This document shows, piece by piece, positions 35,138-40,918 of a stretch of DNA of 40,918 nucleotides. A program made the translations under genes and the position numbers. The notes below the pieces were generated by a model that did no database searches, was not told where the DNA came from, and was given only the letters and a program-made list of their open reading frames with translations. Source of the stretch: a virus (lineage: Duplodnaviria > Caudoviricetes); IMG/VR virus record IMGVR_UViG_3300018063_000026, positions 1 through 40,918 of that record, one strand, 5' to 3'. Numbering within the stretch: the first letter of the stretch is position 1; every line of letters begins with the position of its first letter.

Positions 35138-35401
35138 ATGGCACGCTTTGCAGCCGCGAGAGTTCCAGGGCAGCCGCTGGAGGAGCCAGCCGACGAGCCG
35201 CAGGTCATGGAGCCGCCAGCAGCGCCTCCAGCAGACGAGCCGATCGTCAAGGCCCTGCCTGACTTCCGCAATCAACCGTGGACGGTCGCGCGAGCCTACA
35301 TGGCGCAGCTGCCAGAGGAGCAGCAGCGCGGCGTGCTGACCAAAGATGGCTGGTACGTCCCGAGCAACGCCTTCGGCCTGGGGCGCCGGCCGCCGCAGTG
35401 A
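35138..35401 (+). CDS. Hypothetical protein
   Basis: GGGAG RBS; VLTKDGWYVP motif. Confidence 0.7.
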   Translation: MARFAAARVPGQPLEEPADEPQVMEPPAAPPADEPIVKALPDFRNQPWTVARAYMAQLPEEQQRGVLTKDGWYVPSNAFGLGRRPPQ

Positions 35402-35751
35402 TGTGCACTGGCTACGAGGTTGCGGCCGTTGTTGCTGCCGGGGCATCCATCTACGGCGCCACGCGCAAGGCGCCCTCGCCGCCGACAACTGATCCAGAGG
35501 CTGACCGACTCAAGGCGCAGTCCGACGCAACCACGCGTGCGAATGCCCTGCTGGTGCAGGATCAGCGCCGCCGGCGGTCGCAGCGCAACCTGCTCTCACT
35601 CGGAGCGTCGGCAGACGACACGCTCGGCGCGCCTGGCCAGCGCAACGTCATGGCCGGTGGCGCCGCGACTGGTGCTGCTGTGCCTGGCGGGTACACCTCG
35701 CCGACTGTGCTCGGAGCTGGCGAGCGCGAGATGGCACGTCGGCGCCCCTGA
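35401..35751 (+). CDS. Small virion/tail-assembly protein upstream of portal
   Basis: MC... start, Pro-rich stretch then RRRR..LLS, typical of the podoviral pre-portal gene. Confidence 0.7.
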   Translation: MCTGYEVAAVVAAGASIYGATRKAPSPPTTDPEADRLKAQSDATTRANALLVQDQRRRRSQRNLLSLGASADDTLGAPGQRNVMAGGAATGAAVPGGYTSPTVLGAGEREMARRRP

Positions 35752-35754
35752 TCA

Positions 35755-37356
35755 ATGGCCGCTGATGCTGCTGCCATCTGCAAGCGTCTCGACCAGCTGA
35801 GATCGCTGAGGACGCAGCATGAGCTGACTTGGCGTGAGTGCTTCGACTTCTCGTTCCCGATCCGCGGGTCTGGCTTCAATGGCGACATCCTGTTGGGCGG
35901 GAACGAGGCTGCTGACAGACGCGCTGCGCTGCTCGACAGCACCTCGACAGACTCAGGCCGCACCCTGGCCGCGGCGTTGGTCGGCGGGACGATGCCAGCC
36001 AGCGCCAGGTCGTTCGAACTCGACGTGGACGGCTCGGACGAGGAGGGCAAGGGCTGGCTCGAGGAAGGCGGCGACACGCTCCACAAGGAGATGCACGCAA
36101 GCAACTTCGACAGCGCCGGGTACGAGAGCATGTTGGACATGGTGCCGGCCGGGTGGTTCGCGCTGTACGTCGACGTTGATCGCATCAACGGCGGCTTCGC
36201 CTTCGAGCAGTGGCCGATCGCGCAGTGTTACATCGCCACGACAAAGCCTGGCGGGCCGATCGATACCGTCTACCGCTCCTGGTCGATGACCGCGCAACAG
36301 GCTGTAGAGGAGTTCGGGCACAAGCTCTCGCCAGCATCACGCGACACGGCCACGACCAAGCCAGACGAGCCGATCGAGTTCGTTCGCGCTATCTACCCGC
36401 GCTCGCTCTACGCGGTTGAGGCGCGGCTGGCGCGCAATCTGCCTGTCGCCTCGTGCACCGTCGAGACCAAGACCAGGCACATCGTGCGCGAGAGTGGCTA
36501 TCACGAGATGCCGGTGATAGTGCCGCGCTGGATGGTGATCCCGGCGAGCGTGTACGCCGTCGGGCCGATGTATGACGCGCTGCCGGACGTCAAGGAGCTC
36601 AACGAGCTCAAGCGGATGGAAAAGCAGGCCGCGGCGCTTACCATCCTGCCGCCGTTCAAGGCGATGGATGACGGCGTACTCAACGTCGGCGCCATCAAGC
36701 GCTTGCAGTCCGGGAAGATCTATGCAGTCAACGACATCGATAATTTCCAGCCGATTCTGACTGGCGGGAAGTTCGAACTCGCACTGTCGAGCGAGGAGCG
36801 CTTGCAGGCCAGCATTCGACGCACGCTGATGGCCGATCAGCTCACGCCGCAAGAAGGGCCGCAGATGACGGCCACTGAGGTGCATGCGCGCATCGCGCTC
36901 ATTCGACAACTGCTCGGGCCAATCTACGGGCGGTTGCAGTCCGAGTACTTGTCGCCGCTGATCGTGCGCTGCTTCGGCCTGGCCTACCGCGCCGGCATCC
37001 TCGGCCAGGCGCCGCAGTCGATCGCAGGACGCGAGTTCGCTGTGCGGTACATCAGTCCACTCGCCCGGGCGCAGCGGCTGGAAGACGTGACCGCGATGGA
37101 TCGGTTCGAACTCGCGCTCGGACAAGAGGCGGCGGTCAAGCCGGAGGTGCTAGATGTCTACGATTGGGACGAGGGCGCGCGCAGGCGTGGTGAGTTCCTT
37201 GGGGTGCCGCGCGACCTGCTGCTGCCGCGCGACCGCGTGGAGCAGATCAGGCAAGCCCGCGTAGAGGCTGCGCAACAGCAGCAGCAGCAGGCACAGCAGC
37301 AGGAGATGCAGGGCGCGATGGCTGATGCGGCGGCCAAGCGCTTTGCAGCGGCATGA
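35755..37356 (+). CDS. Portal (head-to-tail connector)
   Basis: LDST, ESGYHEMP.IVPRW, ALPDVKELN, MTATEV and LGPIYGRLQSEYL motifs. Confidence 0.95.
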   Translation: MAADAAAICKRLDQLRSLRTQHELTWRECFDFSFPIRGSGFNGDILLGGNEAADRRAALLDSTSTDSGRTLAAALVGGTMPASARSFELDVDGSDEEGKGWLEEGGDTLHKEMHASNFDSAGYESMLDMVPAGWFALYVDVDRINGGFAFEQWPIAQCYIATTKPGGPIDTVYRSWSMTAQQAVEEFGHKLSPASRDTATTKPDEPIEFVRAIYPRSLYAVEARLARNLPVASCTVETKTRHIVRESGYHEMPVIVPRWMVIPASVYAVGPMYDALPDVKELNELKRMEKQAAALTILPPFKAMDDGVLNVGAIKRLQSGKIYAVNDIDNFQPILTGGKFELALSSEERLQASIRRTLMADQLTPQEGPQMTATEVHARIALIRQLLGPIYGRLQSEYLSPLIVRCFGLAYRAGILGQAPQSIAGREFAVRYISPLARAQRLEDVTAMDRFELALGQEAAVKPEVLDVYDWDEGARRRGEFLGVPRDLLLPRDRVEQIRQARVEAAQQQQQQAQQQEMQGAMADAAAKRFAAA

Positions 37357-37589
37357 CCACGCCAGCCACTTACAAAGCCATCTTCGAGGACGACGTGCGT
37401 GGCGCCGCGATCTTCGAAGACTTGGTGCTGCGCTTCTCGAAGCCGGCAGTCACGAAGGGCGGCATCGATGCGGTGCTCCAAACGTACCAGCGCGCCGGCG
37501 AGCGCCACGTCATCGACTTCGTGATTCGCCGCATCAACCAGGCCAACGGGCACGCATCAATCACTGACGACGAGGCAGAAACACCATGA
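37353..37589 (+). CDS. Bbp19-like small protein
   Basis: YKAIFED..GAAIFEDLVLRF...AGERHVIDFVIRRI; follows portal. Confidence 0.8.
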   Translation: MTTPATYKAIFEDDVRGAAIFEDLVLRFSKPAVTKGGIDAVLQTYQRAGERHVIDFVIRRINQANGHASITDDEAETP

Positions 37590-38017
37590 GTAAAGGCAAT
37601 ACGTTCGAGAACGACTTTCTGAAGTTGATCATGAACGCCACGGCAATTGCGAACATCGCGGACAACGCGGCCACTGCGCCGATTACAAACCTGTTCGTCA
37701 GCCTGCACACTGCCGACCCTGGCGAGGCTGGCGATCAGACCACCAGCGAGACGGCGTATACAGGCTACGCGCGCGTAGCGGTGGCCCGAACGACAGGCGG
37801 GTGGACAGTCACCGCCAACAGCGTGAGTCCTGTTGCCAACATCGACTTCGGCCAGTGCACGGCATCGCCTGGCGCAGCGGTCACGCATGGGGCTATCGGC
37901 ACTCTGACGAGCGGCACAGGCAAGGTGCTTTACAAGGGCTCTCTGTCGGCAACTATCGCGATGGCTGTCGGCGTGATCCCGCGTATCGGGACTGGCTCGA
38001 CAATCACGGAGGACTGA
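37586..38017 (+). CDS. Virion structural beta protein
   Basis: LFVSLHTADPGEAG..SETAYTGYARVAV motif common in phage fibre-associated proteins. Confidence 0.75.
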   Translation: MSKGNTFENDFLKLIMNATAIANIADNAATAPITNLFVSLHTADPGEAGDQTTSETAYTGYARVAVARTTGGWTVTANSVSPVANIDFGQCTASPGAAVTHGAIGTLTSGTGKVLYKGSLSATIAMAVGVIPRIGTGSTITED

Positions 38018-38020
38018 TAT

Positions 38021-38461
38021 ATGGCTATCAACTACCCCCAACTGAAAACGGAAATCACTACCGACCCACAGGCGCTTGGCTACGCTGGGAAGAGTGATTC
38101 AGAATGCGCAGACATTCTCAACCTCATCCGCGCAACAATCATCATTCGGCGCGACAACATCATGCCGTTCGAGGTGCTGGAGGCCGTCGATAATCGTGAC
38201 TTCGACACCCTAATAACGGCCGCACAAATCGGCCTCTTGCAGGCGCTGGCTGGGCAACGCGCGTTGCGCATAATCAACGATGATGGCACTGATACACGCA
38301 CATTGGGCAATCTGAGGCGGATGTTTCAGAACCCGGGGCCACAAGGTACCCGCGCACGCTTGGTAGATATGGCGAACCGCGACGGTTCTCGCGCTGAACA
38401 GCTATTCGGCACGAATACGTTCATTACGCCAAGCGACGTTGCGCAGGCTCGCGAGAGTTAA
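38021..38461 (+). CDS. Hypothetical protein
   Basis: GGAGG RBS; LKTEITTDPQALGY...SRAEQLFG. Confidence 0.75.
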   Translation: MAINYPQLKTEITTDPQALGYAGKSDSECADILNLIRATIIIRRDNIMPFEVLEAVDNRDFDTLITAAQIGLLQALAGQRALRIINDDGTDTRTLGNLRRMFQNPGPQGTRARLVDMANRDGSRAEQLFGTNTFITPSDVAQARES

Positions 38462-38953
38462 ATGGCCACGTACCGCATACTAAACTATGGTACGCGAACG
38501 GCGTTCGGTACCATAACGAATCTCAATTCGTTGGCTAACGATAACTCGAAGCCGTTTACGCACGTCGATAATACAACGACGAAGGCCATCGATTTTCTGT
38601 TCTGGTTAGAAATCGCGCTCAACAGCACTGGAGTTAGTGCGACAGGCACGATTGAGGTTTATTTGTTGGAAGGACAAGTTTCTGGGTCTGGCGACACGAC
38701 CGACGGTATCGATATGTCCACCCCGGCGACGACAGACCAGGATGCCAACATCAAGAACGCAAAACTGATAGAAGTACTCGCGGCAAATGCGAACTCGCAG
38801 GTTGTCCGCTTCAACGGACGCCTACGTGACTACGTCGCGAACGTGCCCAATTTCTGGGACTTGCTGATTCGCAACATGTCAGGCGCTACTACGGCCGCCA
38901 GTGGCCATGATGCGCAGTACGTCCCGATCAAAGAAGAGCTCCTCGTCGTATAG
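38462..38953 (+). CDS. Hypothetical beta-rich structural protein
   Basis: 163 aa, directly coupled to the upstream gene. Confidence 0.7.
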   Translation: MATYRILNYGTRTAFGTITNLNSLANDNSKPFTHVDNTTTKAIDFLFWLEIALNSTGVSATGTIEVYLLEGQVSGSGDTTDGIDMSTPATTDQDANIKNAKLIEVLAANANSQVVRFNGRLRDYVANVPNFWDLLIRNMSGATTAASGHDAQYVPIKEELLVV

Positions 38954-38955
38954 CC

Positions 38956-40833
38956 GTGGCTGCGCTAATACCACCAGCGTATGCTGCTCGCGGTAGCACA
39001 AGCTATCGTAATGTTGCGTCCGGGGACGGACTCAAGAGAAATGCAACTCTCCCGAATGACACTCTAGTTACGGTCTGCGGGTGGCTGCTGCCTCGGGCGC
39101 TCCCGGCAGGAGACGCTGACATTGCCGCACTGAGCGTTGCTGATCCGGGGCCGCCGTACGACACTTCGATTTTGATGCTGACGTCTACTGGGATAGTACG
39201 GACGTACGCAATCGATAGTCTTTCAGCAACTATCATCACCGTAGCCGCAGGAGAGCCGTTTTTCTGGGCTCTCGTTGGCACAAGTAGTGGGGTTCGTGGA
39301 TACGCAAGAAAGCTTACGTCTACTGCGCTGAGTACGCAGATAAACGGTAATGCTGGCTCGTTCACGCCAGCAATTCTTGCATTGGGCGACCGTTGGTTCG
39401 GCGCGGGTGAGTTTATCAACGGCAATTACTGGAACGTCCGCGTCTGGGATGCGATCCTGACAGAGCGCGAACTGATGCAGGAATCGCTGTCTCCTGAACC
39501 GTTGCGCCTTATCGATCTCCATGCGTGGTGGCCACTCGAAGGTGACTTTACCAGGCTCACATACGACCGCAGTGGCAACGGACGGCACTTAACTCGCGGC
39601 GGGAATGGTCGAGTCGAGCCATTCCCATTTCCGCGCGCACTGGTGAGAGCAAAGCGCGATCTTGAGTTTGCAGGACTGGTAGCTGATGGCGTAGAAGCCC
39701 GCACTCTATCGTCCGCTGGCGTCGGCGCTACATCGCTTGTAGCAGTAGCGTTCAATGCGCAGACGCTCACCTCGGTGGGGGCCGCGACCGTCAGCCTCGC
39801 GTCGGCGGCGTTCGTCCAAGCCGATCTGTCGGCCATCGGCGCAGCGGCTGTCTCACTCGTCTCCAGCGCGACGGTGTTGGCCGATCTCACATCGGCCGGC
39901 GTCGCTACGGTCACCCTCGCATCTGCGACGGTGCTCGCCGAGGCGCTCACGAGCGCAGGCGTAGCGACCGTTGCGCTGCAATCGCTGGCCACCAACGCAC
40001 AGACGCTATCCAGCGCCGGCCAAGCAACTGTCTCGCTGGTCTCGACAGCCACCAACGCCCAGACGCTGACGAGCGCAGGCCAGGCTACCGTCTCGCTCAT
40101 CGGCGAGGATGCGGCCGGCGGCATCGTCTCGCGCACGCTGTCCGCGGATGGCACAGCCACGGTCAGCCTTGTCTCGACCGCCACGGCGCAGGCAGATCTC
40201 AACTCCGCTGGCGCCGCCACGGTCACATTGGCATCGGCCGCCATCGCACCAGTGGTGTTCACCGCCGTCGGTGTAGCCACGGTCAACCTGGTGTCGACCG
40301 CTACCGCGCAGGCTGCGCTGTCGGCCGCAGGAACCGCAACCGTCAACCTGGTCTCGTCTGCCACTGCTGAGGCCGCGCTGGCCGCCGCAGGCGTGGCTAC
40401 GGTCAACTTGGTGTCAGAGCAGATCGGAGTTCAGGAAGCCGATCTGAACGCGTCCGGCTCTGCCACGGTCAACTTCATCGCGCAAGATGTCGGCCAGCCG
40501 GATACGGTGGTCAGCCTTGGCGGCAGTCGAAACCGCTGGATCGACTGGCCTGGCGGCATCATCATCAGCGCCAAGCTCAAGTCCGAGAGCCGCGCGGTCA
40601 CGGTGTTCAAGGCGACATCGACGCGCAGCCTCGTGCCCCGCGTGCGCAGCGCGCGCCTGCGTGTGGTGGCCGACAGCATCGTGCGCTTCGAGTCGTCGTA
40701 CCGGTTGGCATTCACACGCGACGACACCGGCTTGATGCGCACCCAGCCGCCACTTGTCCGCAGCGAGGACGGGATTTTTGAAGACCGGGTTCGGAAGATC
40801 GTGCGGGATGAGCTACGAAGGAGAAACCCATGA
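38956..40833 (+). CDS. LamG/ConA-like lectin domain plus ~20-aa Ala/Thr/Val/Ser repeats (fibre-like)
   Basis: TVCGW..NVRVWDAILTERE..LHAWWPL..DRSGNGRHL LamG signature; LTSAGxATVSL repeats. Confidence 0.75.
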   Translation: MAALIPPAYAARGSTSYRNVASGDGLKRNATLPNDTLVTVCGWLLPRALPAGDADIAALSVADPGPPYDTSILMLTSTGIVRTYAIDSLSATIITVAAGEPFFWALVGTSSGVRGYARKLTSTALSTQINGNAGSFTPAILALGDRWFGAGEFINGNYWNVRVWDAILTERELMQESLSPEPLRLIDLHAWWPLEGDFTRLTYDRSGNGRHLTRGGNGRVEPFPFPRALVRAKRDLEFAGLVADGVEARTLSSAGVGATSLVAVAFNAQTLTSVGAATVSLASAAFVQADLSAIGAAAVSLVSSATVLADLTSAGVATVTLASATVLAEALTSAGVATVALQSLATNAQTLSSAGQATVSLVSTATNAQTLTSAGQATVSLIGEDAAGGIVSRTLSADGTATVSLVSTATAQADLNSAGAATVTLASAAIAPVVFTAVGVATVNLVSTATAQAALSAAGTATVNLVSSATAEAALAAAGVATVNLVSEQIGVQEADLNASGSATVNFIAQDVGQPDTVVSLGGSRNRWIDWPGGIIISAKLKSESRAVTVFKATSTRSLVPRVRSARLRVVADSIVRFESSYRLAFTRDDTGLMRTQPPLVRSEDGIFEDRVRKIVRDELRRRNP

Positions 40834-40918
40834 GCGAAGAAACAACGACGCCAGTGGTCGACGTCCCACCTGCACCACCTGCACCACCTGCACCACCTGC
40901 ACCACCTGCACCACCTGC
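40830..40918 (+). CDS. Scaffolding protein 5' end (MSEETTTPVVDVPPAPPA...), continuing at base 1
   Basis: AAGGAG RBS; ATGA overlap; in frame with 1..792 once the 53-bp overlap is merged. Confidence 0.85.
   Translation, partial: MSEETTTPVVDVPPAPPAPPAPPAPPAPP
40866..40918 (+). repeat. Terminal copy of the (CCACCTGCA)n repeat
   Basis: Identical to 1..53. Confidence 0.95.

Noticed and set aside
39700-40490. Possible DGR template/variable repeat pair
   Set aside because: The differences between repeat units are not adenine-specific, they reflect protein-level repeats, and there is no reverse transcriptase.

Overview
Near-complete, apparently circular ~40.9 kb genome of a GC-rich temperate podovirus-like phage with a gene order resembling Bordetella phage BPP-1 (portal, scaffold, capsid, cement, tail tubes A/B, GNAT, ejection proteins). 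A betaproteobacterial host is an inference. The two window ends share an exact 53-bp repeat inside the scaffold gene. The genome also carries terS/terL, several tail fibre or spike genes, attP (3' half of tRNA-Cys) with a tyrosine integrase and xis, a leftward early operon (YqaJ nuclease and partner, DUF6948-like protein, two Gly-rich ORFs), a cI/cro switch with clear operators, a replication initiator with iterons, and a VRR-NUC nuclease. No reverse transcriptase/DGR and no recognisable endolysin were seen. The most unusual elements are: (i) a tRNA-shaped RNA with no anticodon loop, T-loop consensus or CCA, just upstream of terS; (ii) a counter-oriented operon of tiny ORFs plus an HTH gene, resembling acr-aca operons; (iii) tandem ADP-ribosyltransferase-like domains inserted in an ejection protein; (iv) duplicated Gly/Tyr low-complexity cassettes coupled to a DUF6948-like gene; (v) a four-copy late-promoter motif; (vi) a structured capsid mRNA leader. 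All family assignments come from reading motifs and synteny by eye; no database searches were run.
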